NCBI GenBank assembly: GCA_032718475.1
Contig: JAUCBJ010003548.1
Span: forward strand, 1 to 64,000
Direction: 5' to 3'
Length of the DNA stretch: 64,000 nucleotides
DNA from: Nemertoderma westbladi
Lineage: Eukaryota > Animalia > Xenacoelomorpha
Part shown: positions 46,078 to 56,997 of the stretch, one piece after another
Numbering within the stretch: position 1 is the first letter of the stretch
Layout of the letters: each line of letters starts with the position of its first letter
Translations under genes and position numbers: made by a program
The notes under the pieces: generated by a model
What the model saw: the letters and a program-made list of their open reading frames with translations, nothing else
What the model was told of the DNA's origin: nothing
Database searches by the model: none

Positions 46078-47322
46078 TGTTCGCGCTTTCAGACCTTTGG
46101 CAGTTTAACCCACCAAATTAAGATGTCTTCTAGATATTAAATCGGTTTTTAGTCTATGACAAGTATTTGATTCACTACACTAGTCGAAACCAATCCGTGC
46201 GCGACCATTCACCCGCTGGATATTCCCGGGAGATTGGGTTCGACGGTTTAATTTTGTTGCTATGTAAGCCTAATGTATTATTCGACTGACAGTATTATAT
46301 AATCTCTGACAATATTATTTACCTTCGGGAATATTAACAGTTCCTTTAGGACGTGGCGCTTTATCTATATAAACAGAGTTATGACTTAAACTACTCACAA
46401 CGATATGGCTTAATTATAATTCACATATATGGCGCATTCTTTAGGAATTGCTTCTTTAACAGACTCACTCATACACAATGCTGCACAATACTGCACACTA
46501 ATCTGCCAATCTTCACTGATTTTAGTCACATATAAAAGGAACACAGACTGAATCATGTAGGGTCTATCAAATAACATTAGATTCACTTCAAACCACTTTA
46601 ACATAAGTCACAATCGTTATGTATAACCCTTCTCTCTTACCTTCGGTATATCAAGAATATTGGGTTTCGGGGTTATTTATCGTTATTCCAAATATAATAA
46701 TTCATCAACCATGTTATGAAGAATTGACAGTAAATAGCAGTATAAAACAACAACTGAACACTGATTGTTATGAGTTTGCAATGTTTCAGCAGTCAGCATG
46801 TATGATCAGTCAGCAGTGATTCCATGAGTCAGGTAGTCGTTAGTTAAAGGATATATGCCCTTTATAATTAAACCTACTAGTGTAAGACTAAAAAACAGTA
46901 AAGCACAAAATACTTCCAAGCCGTTCTTTCTTGGGCTCAGGACTGAATGTAAACACTGCACATAGGCATTGCGTCATTTCTCGGAAATTTTCTGTACAAG
47001 GAGCCACAAAAACGCTCTAATTGGCTGACTGAACTGAGAGACGCCGTAGAACAAAGGAAATCAACACGTATGAATGTCAGCTGTTAACCGTAGTCATAGT
47101 AACTACTGTTCAAGAGTAGCTATCACCCCTTTGCGTCACGAATTGCCATAGAATCATAAAATATGCCTTTCACAGTACACATACGGAGGAAATAAGTCTT
47201 AGATCCTCTAAAAACACCGATACAGCAATAATACGGTCTCTTACACTTATTAAATCAACTACAGAGTATTTTAATGTAAAAGATAATAAAAATAACGGGG
47301 CAATTCAGCAAAGGCTTTTACA
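46078..47322 (-). repeat. 5' LTR (1245 bp)
   Basis: Direct repeat of 31663-32907; upstream of gag-pol on the minus strand. Confidence 0.96.
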
Positions 47323-50300
47323 GTTTAAGAGTTACCTGAGTTATCAATGCTCCTCCTATTAATGGTTATGGTTCAGTTTAAGAGTTACCTGAGTTATCAA
47401 TGCTCCTCCTATTGATGGTCATGGATCAGTTTAAGAGTTACCTGAGTTATCAATGCTCCTCCTATTGATGGTTATATGGTTCAGTTTAAGAGTTACCTGA
47501 GTTATCAATGCTCCTCCTATTGATGGTTATGGTTCAGTTTAAGAGTTACCTGAGTTATCAATGCTCCTCCTATTAATGGTTATGGTTCAGTTTAAGAGTT
47601 ACCTGAGTTATCAATGCTCCTCCTATTAATGGTCATGGTTCAGTTTAAGAGTTACCAGAGTTATCAATGTTCCTCCTATTAATTGATGGTTATGGTTCAG
47701 TTTAAGAGTTACCTGAGTTATCAATGCTCCTCCTATTAATGGTCATGGTTCAGTTTAAGAGTTACCAGAGTTATCAATGTTCCTCCTATTAATTGATGGT
47801 TATGGTTCAGTTTAAGAGTTACCTGAGTTATCAATGCTCCTCCTATTAATTGATGGTTATGGTTCAGTTTAAGAGTTACCTGAGTTATCAATGCTCCTCC
47901 TATTAATGGTTATGGTTCAGTTTAAGAGTTACCTGAGTTATCAATGCTCCTCCTATTGATGGTCATGGATCAGTTTAAGAGTTACCAGAGTTATCAATGT
48001 TCCTCCTATTAATTGATGGTTATGGTTCAGTTTAAGAGTTACCTGAGTTATCAATGCTCCTCCTATTGATAGTTATGGTTCAGTTTAAGAGTTACCTGAG
48101 TTATCAATGCTCCTCCTATTAATGGTCATGGTTCAGTTTAAGAGTTACCAGAGTTATCAATGTTCCTCCTATTAATTGATGGTTATGGTTCAGTTTAAGA
48201 GTTACCTGAGTTATCAATGCTCCTCCTATTAATGGTTATGGTTCAGTTTAAGAGTTACCTGAGTTATCAATGCTCCTCCTATTGATGGTCATGGATCAGT
48301 TTAAGAGTTACCTGAGTTATCAATGCTCCTCCTATTGATGGTTATATGGTTCAGTTTAAGAGTTACCTGAGTTATCAATGCTCCTCCTATTGATAGTTAT
48401 GGTTCAGTTTAAGAGTTACCTGAGTTATCAATGCTCCTCCTATTGATGGTTATGGTTCAGTTTAAGAGTTACCTGAGTTATCAATGCTCCTCCTATTAAT
48501 TGATGGTTATGGTTCAGTTTAAGAGTTACCTGAGTTATCAATGCTCCTCCTATTGATGGTCATGGTTCAGTTTAAGAGTTACCTGAGTTATCAATGCTCC
48601 TCCTATTGATGGTCATGGTTCAGTTTAAGAGTTACCTGAGTTATCAATGCTCCTCCTATTAATGGTTATGGTTCAGTTTAAGAGTTACCTGAGTTATCAA
48701 TGCTCCTCCTATTGATAGTTATGGTTCAGTTTAAGAGTTACCTGAGTTATCAATGCTCCTCCTATTAATTGATGGTTATGGTTCAGTTTAAGAGTTACCT
48801 GAGTTATCAATGCTCCTCCTATTGATGGTCATGGTTCAGTTTAAGAGTTACCTGAGTTATCAATGCTCCTCCTATTGATGGTCATGGTTCAGTTTAAGAG
48901 TTACCTGAGTTATCAATGCTCCTCCTATTAATGGTTATGGTTCAGTTTAAGAGTTACCTGAGTTATCAATGCTCCTCCTATTGATAGTTATGGTTCAGTT
49001 TAAGAGTTACCTGAGTTATCAATGCTCCTCCTATTAATTGATGGTTATGGTTCAGTTTAAGAGTTACCTGAGTTATCAATGCTCCTCCTATTGATGGTCA
49101 TGGTTCAGTTTAAGAGTTACCTGAGTTATCAATGCTCCTCCTATTGATGGTTATATGGTTCAGTTTAAGAGTTACCTGAGTTATCAATGCTCCTCCTATT
49201 AATGGTTATGGTTCAGTTTAAGAGTTACCTGAGTTATCAATGCTCCTCCTATTAATTGATGGTTATGGTTCAGTTTAAGAGTTACCTGAGTTATCAATGC
49301 TCCACCTATTGATGGTCATGGTTCAGTTTAAGAGTTACCTGAGTTATCAATGCTCCTCCTATTGATGGTTATATGGTTCAGTTTAAGAGTTACCTGAGTT
49401 ATCAATGCTCCTCCTATTGATGGTTATATGGTTCAGTTTAAGAGTTACCTGAGTTATCAATGCTCCTCCTATTAATGGTTATGGTTCAGTTTAAGAGTTA
49501 CCTGAGTTATCAATGCTCCTCCTATTAATTGATGGTTATGGTTCAGTTTAAGAGTTACCTGAGTTATCAATGCTCCTCCTATTGATGGTCATGGTTCAGT
49601 TTAAGAGTTACCTGAGTTATCAATGCTCCTCCTATTGATGGTTATATGGTTCAGTTTAAGAGTTACCTGAGTTATCAATGCTCCTCCTATTGATGGTTAT
49701 GGTTCAGTTTAAGAGTTACCTGAGTTATCAATGCTCCTCCTATTAATTGATGGTTATGGTTCAGTTTAAGAGTTACCTGAGTTATCAATGCTCCTCCTAT
49801 TGATGGTCATGGTTCAGTTTAAGAGTTACCTGAGTTATCAATGCTCCTCCTATTGATGGTCATGGTTCAGTTTAAGAGTTACCTGAGTTATCAATGCTCC
49901 TCCTATTGATGGTCATGGTTCAGTTTAAGAGTTACCTGAGTTATCAATGCTCCTCCTATTAATTGATGGTTATGGTTCAGTTTAAGAGTTACCTGAGTTA
50001 TCAATGCTCCTCCTATTGATGGTCATGGTTCAGTTTAAGAGTTACCTGAGTTATCAATGCTCCTCCTATTGATGGTTATGGTTCAGTTTAAGAGTTACCT
50101 GAGTTATCAATGCTCCTCCTATTGATGGTTATGGTTCAGTTTAAGAGTTACCTGAGTTATCAATGCTCCCCCTATTGATGGTTATGGTTCAGTTTAAGAG
50201 TTACCTGAGTTATCAATGCTCCTCCTATTGATGGTTATATGGTTCAGTTTAAGAGTTACCTGAGTCATCAATGCTCCTCCTATTGATGGTCATGGTTCAG

Positions 50301-51695
50301 TTTAAGAGTTACCTGAGTTATCAATGCTCCTCCTATTGATGGTTATATGGTTCAGTTTAAGAGTTACCTGAGTTATCAATGCTCCTCCTATTGATTGATG
50401 GTTATGGTTCAGTTTAAGAGTTACCTGAGTCATCAATGCTCCTCCTATTGATGGTCATGGTTCAGTTTAAGAGTTACCTGAGTTATCAATGCTCCTCCTA
50501 TTGATGGTTATATGGTTCAGTTTAAGAGTTACCTGAGTCATCAATGCTCCTCCTATTGATGGTCATGGTTCAGTTTAAGAGTTACCTGAGTTATCAAAGC
50601 TCCTCCTATTGATGGTTATATGGTTCAGTTTAAGAGTTACCAGAGTCATCAATGCTCCTCCTATTGATGGTCATGGTTCAGTTTAAGAGTTACCTGAGTT
50701 ATCAATGCTCCTCCTATTGATGGTTATATGGTTCAGTTTAAGAGTTACCTGAGTTATCAATGCTCCTCCTATTGATTGATGGTATATGGTTCAGTTTAAG
50801 AGTTACCTGAGTTATCAATGCTCCTCCTATTGATGGTTATGGTTCAGTTTAAGAGTTACCTGAGTTATCAATGCTCCTCCTATTAATGGTTATGGTTCAG
50901 TTTAAGAGTTACCTGAGTTATCAATGCTCCTCCTATTAATGGTTATGGTTCAGTTTAAGAGTTACCTGAGTCATCAATGCTCCTCCTATTGATGGTCATG
51001 GTTCAGTTTAAGAGTTACCTGAGTTATCAATGCTCCTCATATTGATGGTTATATGGTTCAGTTTAAGAGTTACCTGAGTTATCAATGCTCCTCCTATTGA
51101 TGGCTATATGGTTCAGTTTAAGAGTTACCTGCGTTATCAATGCTCCTCCTATTAATGGTTATGGTTCAGTTTAAGAGTTACCTGAGTCATCAATGCTCCT
51201 CCTATTGATGGTCATGGTTCAGTTTAAGAGTTACCTGAGTTATCAATGCTCCTCCTATTGATGGTTATATGGTTCAGTTTAAGAGTTACCTGAGTTATCA
51301 ATGCTCCTCCTATTGATGGCTATATGGTTCAGTTTAAGAGTTACCTGAGTTATCAATGCTCCTCCTATTAATGGTTATGGTTCAGTTTAAGAGTTACCTG
51401 AGTCATCAATGCTCCTCCTATTGATGGCTATATGGTTCAGTTTAAGAGTTACCTGAGTTATCAATGCTCCTCCTATTAATGGTTATGGTTCAGTTTAAGA
51501 GTTACCTGAGTCATCAATGCTCCTCCTATTGATGGTTATGGTTTAGTTTAAGAGTTACCTGAGTTATCAATGCTCCTCCTATTGATGGTCATGGATCAGT
51601 TTAAGAGTTACCTGAGTTATCAATGCTCCTCCTATTGATGGTCATGGTTCAGTTTAAGAGTTACCTGAGTTATCAATGCTCCTCCTATTGATGGT
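47323..51695. repeat. 51-55-bp satellite, right part; last copy overlaps the 3' end of LRP2 exon 8
   Basis: Same unit as 27760-31662; register continues across the BEL TSD; about 160 copies in both parts combined (length/unit estimate). Confidence 0.97.
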
Positions 51696-51871
51696 ATGGT
51701 GCATCAGGTCTGAGTAGTACAACGTCTTATCGTTGGGATCGTAGACGACATCGAGGTAATGGGTCCTACGGTTAGCGTAGATGGGTACCATAGCGTCGAC
51801 GTCGTGGCTGATGGTGTAGGGGATACCTCGGATAACGTCCGGACTACTGTAGACAAGGAAATCCTGGATTC
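51665..51871 (-). CDS. LRP2: LRP2-like exon 8 (start of second propeller)
   Basis: IQDFLVYSSPDVIRGIPYTISHDVDAMVPI..TLYYSDLMHHTINRRSIDNS|GTAACT; resembles megalin VQNFLIFSS..IRGIPFT..DVMVPV as recalled. Confidence 0.9.
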
Positions 51872-52312
51872 CTAAATAATAAACAAACCTTCCCTGTTAG
51901 ATATTTGTTGTTATTTGAATCAAAATATAAGAAAGTAATTTAGGAAAGTAGGTAAAGTTGGTAGTAAAATTGTTCTTAGTAATAACTGATAGTCTTTCGA
52001 CGCAATTAAAATTAAACCCACCCCATGTGAAAATCGAACAGCTGATTACTGTAACAGCTGTTCTATTGACTTTAGTTATTTGTTTTGGTTCGAACAGCGT
52101 GAAGCCGTAACCTGCTCATTTCTCTTAATTGATAATTTAACATTGAGACGAAATAATAATTCGCTGAGATGGCATTTGCGTAACCCCCCCACCCCCCCCC
52201 CCCCCTCCCCGCCGGTTAATTTGCGGATTTCTCTAAGGGTCGGAACCTGTTCCTGTGTCAACCAATCACAGACGACCCCAGGGATCATTACAAACTTTAG
52301 TTACCCACTTAC

Positions 52313-52528
52313 TATCGCAACTCCGTCTGTCTCCGTTTAGTTTCCAACCATTGGCGCACAAACAACGGTATCCAATCGGATCGGTTTTATGGGTCGTCAC
52401 GCATATGTGCTGACACTGATTGGTGGAGCAAGGGTCCCTGGATTTAGGTTGCAAGGTCGAGTGTAGCAGACGGATGTCGAAGGGTGTACTGCGGTTGTTG
52501 TGGAAGGTAAACGTGTTGACGTTGGAAC
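52313..52528 (-). CDS. LRP2: LRP2-like exon 7 (EGF)
   Basis: PFDIRLLHSTLQP..DPCSTNQCQHICVTTHKTDPIGYRCLCANGWKLNGDRRSCD|GTAAGT. Confidence 0.9.
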
Positions 52529-52714
52529 CTACGGAAAATGGGAACACATATGATTTATATCCCGTGGAATATTAGGAAGGATAATTTTATAAGCACCCAT
52601 GGTTTCTTCCATGGCTTAAAATAGCCTGAAAGATTCTCTCATTCAATGGAATGTCGACTCACCAGCACTTTAAGATATTAAACCAGATATTGTCATAGCG
52701 ATGACGCAACTCAC

Positions 52715-52835
52715 CTCCGTTATTGATTTCGATTCTCCGAACGGCCATTTTCGTCAAATCGGTGACATAGAGGATATTTTCGAACTTACTGATAGAATAT
52801 GGGTGAGGCATGTCGGCTGAACCCTCGGCAATAAC
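52715..52835 (-). CDS. LRP2: LRP2-like exon 6 (YWTD)
   Basis: VIAEGSADMPHPYSISKFENILYVTDLTKMAVRRIEINNG|GTGAGT. Confidence 0.88.
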
Positions 52836-53177
52836 CTGGAAACATAAAAGTAACGATTTTAACTATATTTTAATCTTAGAAAGTTGATTGCTACAGTAAT
52901 TTATAATAATATATTATGTTTTCCTTTGATTGCTGTTAATTGCTATTAACTACTATTTTTATTACACAAAACTGATTTACAAGTGTAACACATTTTCTAG
53001 CAATATTAACGGAACATAAAAATATTAAAATTTAAAATAATTAAATACTAAGTAATTTTTCTACAGGACTTTGGGTTAAAACAATTATATTGTCATTGTT
53101 TCTTCTTGCAGTTAAATTAAAACAGATTGCAAGGGTCCTAGCCAATCTAACCACCAGACTAGCACTACATCACATAC

Positions 53178-53363
53178 CTGTAAATCCTTTCCGTTGTAGT
53201 CGGTTGTAGCCAAATAATCCTCCGACCCGTCTACCCAATACAATCGCTTCTGGAAGAGATCAACATGGATTCCAGTCGGGTGCTGAAGTCTCTGGGAAAT
53301 TATAACAGTCCGGAAAGTTCCATCCATGAACGCCCTCTCGATGGTGGCGTCATTATTCCGAAT
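53178..53363 (-). CDS. LRP2: LRP2-like exon 5 (YWTD)
   Basis: IERAFMDGTFR..PTGIHVD..KRLYWVDGSEDYL..YNGKDLQ|GTATGT. Confidence 0.9.
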
Positions 53364-53513
53364 CTGGAGGGGTTGTAGTTTATAATTAATATTATAATTA
53401 TTCTTGTAAACGTATGGGAGAGAGTAATAAATATGGTGACCAAGAAGTTGCATGCAATCAATTGACTAAAATACAACCAACCACCTCCCCACCCAACTAC
53501 ATCATAAACGAAC

Positions 53514-53704
53514 CTGGGAGTAGAACATGAACCCTTGGACTGGGTCAAGAGCCAATGCGTGAGGGTTGACTAGACCGTCGCTAACTAACGTAGCCTGGTG
53601 GGTTCCGTCTAGTTTACATACATCGATGCGACCTAACGCAGTCTCAACCAGATATATAATATCAGACACCCAATCGACACGAATTTCACTTATAAAACGA
53701 ACAC
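53514..53704 (-). CDS. LRP2: LRP2-like exon 4 (YWTD)
   Basis: IRVDWVSDIIYLVETALGRIDVCKLDG..NPHALALDPVQGFMFYSQ|GTTCGT. Confidence 0.9.
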
Positions 53705-53760
53705 CTGAAATTGGAACAAAATCATAAAGTGTCCGACCGAACTGATAAAGGACAATATAT

Positions 53761-54029
53761 ACTAACCCACTGGTGGCAGCTGCTATAGACTAACCCTCTA
53801 GTGGCAGCTGCTATAGACTAACCCACTAGTGGCAGCTGCTATAGACTAACCCACTATAGTGGCAGCTGCTATAGACTAACCCACTGGTGGCAGCTGCTAT
53901 AGACTAACCTACTAGTGGTAGCTGCCATAGACTAACCCTCTAGTGGCAGCTGCTATAGACTAACCCACTAGTGGCAGCTGCTATAGACTAACCCTCTAGT
54001 AACAGATGTTATAGACTAACCCTCTAGTG
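53761..54029. repeat. 28-bp minisatellite (about 9-10 copies) made of the 3' end and donor of LRP2 exon 3
   Basis: Unit GACTAACCC(T/A)CTAGTGGCAGCTGCTATA; minus strand CCACTAGAGG|GTTAGTC is the real donor junction at 54021/54020. Confidence 0.92.
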
Positions 54030-54330
54030 GTAGTTTCGACGATTCTCTGGTATCTCTGCTGTACATATACACCTGAGCTTCGTCCACATCGCTATAGAAT
54101 ATCAACCTATTTTCGGCGTGGAAGTCGACGCTGTTGATTCGAGTCCCAGACGCCACCTGGTGTACGTTGGTACCCCAGGGGTTAACCATCAGCACATCGG
54201 TGTGCGTGTTATATAAGATACTAGGGGGCATCGTGGCGTTGGTTATGCGACAGTGGTTGGTTAACGGGTCCAATTCGTACTCGGGTGAGTCACATTCGCA
54301 GCGGAAATCTTCCTCAGTATCGATGCAGTA
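54021..54330 (-). CDS. LRP2: LRP2-like exon 3 (EGF plus start of first propeller)
   Basis: YCIDTEEDFRCEC..HCR..PSILYN..VDFHAENRLIFYSD..PLE|GTTAGT. Confidence 0.88.
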
Positions 54331-54495
54331 CTGAAAGTGAAACAAACAGAAACAAATAAAATTAGTCGACACATTATACTATAAACCTGGCCACAAATAA
54401 GCACACAATGGGTCATACTGCACACCTAATCGCAACAAGATAATGTGCCATACTGACAAGCTGATCGCAACCCCATAATGTGTCATACTGCCAAC

Positions 54496-54647
54496 CTGAT
54501 CACACGCCCAGAATGTACATTCATCCCTGTCGATACAGGTCCTATTATCTGGGGCTAGCTGCATGTGGTAGTTGCAGTAGCATTCGCCCCCATGCGGTGT
54601 TGGATGGCATCGGAATTCGCAGCCAAGTGAGGGACATTTATTATGGC
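54496..54647 (-). CDS. LRP2: LRP2-like exon 2 (EGF)
   Basis: CPSLGCEFRCHPTPHGGECYC..DNRTCIDRDECTFWACDQ|GTTGGC; megalin-type (C..TP.GG.C.C..RTC..D.C..W..CDQ). Confidence 0.9.
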
Positions 54648-55258
54648 CTGAAATGGAAAGCAACATAGATAAGTATCTAGAGTATAGTGAAGGGAAAGAC
54701 ATAGGTTAGATAATGAGAGTAAACTAACAGTATCCAATTAAAAGATGAGGAATCCTATTTTTAGTTTCGTGGAAATTAATTTTTCAGTTCATTTTTCGTC
54801 AAATTTCATATAATAGGATTATAATGTTTCATTTCACTTGCTTTTATACAGCGTACATGATAAACAATAATTTAAACTTAAATTGACAATCCCTTGGACT
54901 GATATTATATAATTAATGTTACGACTGGAAAGGTGTAACATTGAAATCAAAACGGCGCTCACATTGTCTACCCAACGCGTTATCCACTACGCTATTTCGG
55001 TACGAGAAGAAAGTGTTTATAATTAATACGCCATGCTTTCACGTTGCAAGGATGTTCTAGAATATTTAAATGCCAAATTTCAAATAATTCCACACAAATA
55101 AATACAATTAGATTCGCCATTGTTCATAATTAGAACATTAAAGCTTTCATAGACTTCGTTTTGTTATTTCCCTCGCTCGTGCCGTAACGCCAAAAAGTGT
55201 TATTTTATGAACAATTAGGTATACAGTTATAATAAAACCATAATATGATTAAACTTAC

Positions 55259-55495
55259 CGCAGTTAACTGTCTCATCTTCATTATTAGGGCAATCGTAAT
55301 CGCCATTACACACGTTAAGTATATCGATACAAACGCCACTGTCACCACAGGCCCATTGATTTGGAAGGCAACTGCCTGGACAATGTTGTTCATCAGTACC
55401 GTCACCACAGTCAGGCAGTTTGTTGCACACCTGTTCCATACCAATGCAATGACCATTACCGCACACAAATTCAGAACCATGGCAAACATCGTATC
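55259..55495 (-). CDS. LRP2: LRP2-like exon 1 of window (two LDLa); upstream exons not found in window
   Basis: AG|..YDVCHGSEFVCGNGHCI..CNKLPDCGDGTDE..C..CLPNQWAC..CNGDYDCPNNEDE..C|GTAAGT. Confidence 0.9.
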
Positions 55496-55795
55496 CTGTT
55501 AAGAAAAACATATTAAATGTTAGGTAGTTGCCTAGGTAGCAAAATGTATTAATATTCGAGAATTGTAGGCTACCTCACTTACAAGGCAATATTAAGTTAG
55601 TTACCACGGTTCCAAAAACACATTCCAGAAACGTTAATTTCTAAACAACAGGTCAATGTAGGCTTATTCCAGACAACGTACGAACTCCCTACTGTATCTG
55701 AGGACGTGTGAGAGATACGAAAATGAAGGGGCGAGCCATATGTAGATAGTATGTTTAGGTTAAAGTTCATAGGGTTATAGTTTTAATGGTATCCC

Positions 55796-56065
55796 TGTAA
55801 AACAAAGATGCTGTTACGGATTATATTGAGAAGCAAATGGCGGATTCTAACAGGATCCGCGGATACAATAGAAAATCATGACGGCAGCGGTCGGATCCCG
55901 TAGACACCATTGAATAACCTGCAACACTAACCAATTTTCTCTTGGACCTAGCAGGTTACGTGAGTGACGACCCAAAACCTAAATAAAACGGTTTATAGGA
56001 TCCGACGATCCTACTGGGAACTGCCTTTGCTTCTGCGGGATCCGCAACAGGATCAGTGTTTTACA
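55796..56065. mobile_element. Possible decayed MITE
   Basis: Imperfect inverted ends TGTAAAACA..GAT.CTGTT.CGGA / TCCGCAACAGGATC..TGTTTTACA, with several internal GGATCC motifs. Confidence 0.4.
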
Positions 56066-56825
56066 AATGCCATTCAGTACCATTTCGTAACTGATTTTTG
56101 AATTGTGTTACGAAACTGAAAGTTTTACATAAACACGACTAAACCACCTTGACCGCATTTCCTAGCTGTACAGCGCAGTGCACAGTTGTGTTACCGGTAG
56201 AGAGACTGCAGAATACTAGGGGGCGGTTGGTTTGCATCACGGGCTTTGTTTGGTCCTTGGTTTAAATGTAGTAAGCCTTTCACTGAACGGCTTACTGCAT
56301 TACCGGTATACCGCGTTTAATTACAGTTCACTAATTAATTTACTCCGGGTATGCCTTCTTACAGTTTGTTAAAGAATACCGTAGTAAGTTTTTCATTGTG
56401 ATACCGGTACCGTTACATAATGAGTAAAAAGAGTAAATTACTCCTTAATGGTTGACAAAAAGCAGGACAAGTATGAAATTGGCTTGACCCTAGACATACA
56501 GTAGAAATAGTGTTCAATAGCCTAAATGCAAGACATCGCGTCCATTGTATCAGTCTGTCAGTGTTCTACAACACCTTACAGGAACCGGTACACGCGGTTG
56601 TCTGCCAAGTATTGACTGCTGTTGTCTGCAATACTGAAATTTTTGTAATCGGTTTCAGTAGTTACAAATCTGATGTTACTCCTATTTCTTGGTTTTCCCT
56701 GTATTTATTAATTGTAGTGTTAGGCCTATACTGTTGTGGTTATAAACATCACATCATAAACTCAATGTGTTATAGTTGATGAATAAATAAATATCGCAGA
56801 TAAATATATAGCGCTGCGCTGCGCA

Positions 56826-56997
56826 ATGGACAACCTTTCAGCTATTCACAACGCCAATAATACCCTGTACGAAGACGGTAGTGTAATGGAACATAGTGGT
56901 TCGTATGGCAATGAGTCTCAACATGGTTACTTGCAACCTGTGCCAATGGAGATGTTTCAGAATGGTTACCACCATGGTCAAAATGGACCTAGACAAG
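56826..56997 (+). CDS. Probable exon 1 of an uncharacterised low-complexity protein
   Basis: ATG at 56826; CAA G|GTTATA donor (phase 1) joins TTCTTTATTCAG|AT ATG at 57744 in frame; similar M/G/Y/Q-rich composition on both sides. Confidence 0.6.

Larger units (their letters stand above)
31663..47322 (-). mobile_element. Full-length BEL/Pao LTR retrotransposon, 15,660 bp
   Basis: TG..CA LTRs at 31663-32907 and 46078-47322; 5-bp TSD GTTTA (31658-31662 and 47323-47327); purine-rich GGGAGCGG next to the 3' LTR; one intact gag-pol ORF. Confidence 0.97.

Noticed and set aside
20080-51695. CRISPR-like regular repeats
   Set aside because: Units are head-to-tail with no unique spacers, no cas genes, and a spliced eukaryotic context.
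6119-55495. Calling the receptor LRP1 because only two N-terminal LDLa repeats are visible
   Set aside because: EGF and propeller motifs (TPHGGECYC, IYLVET..RID, ERAFMDG, HKTD..GYRC, IRGIPYT) resemble megalin as recalled; further LDLa exons probably lie outside the window. A phylogeny would settle it.
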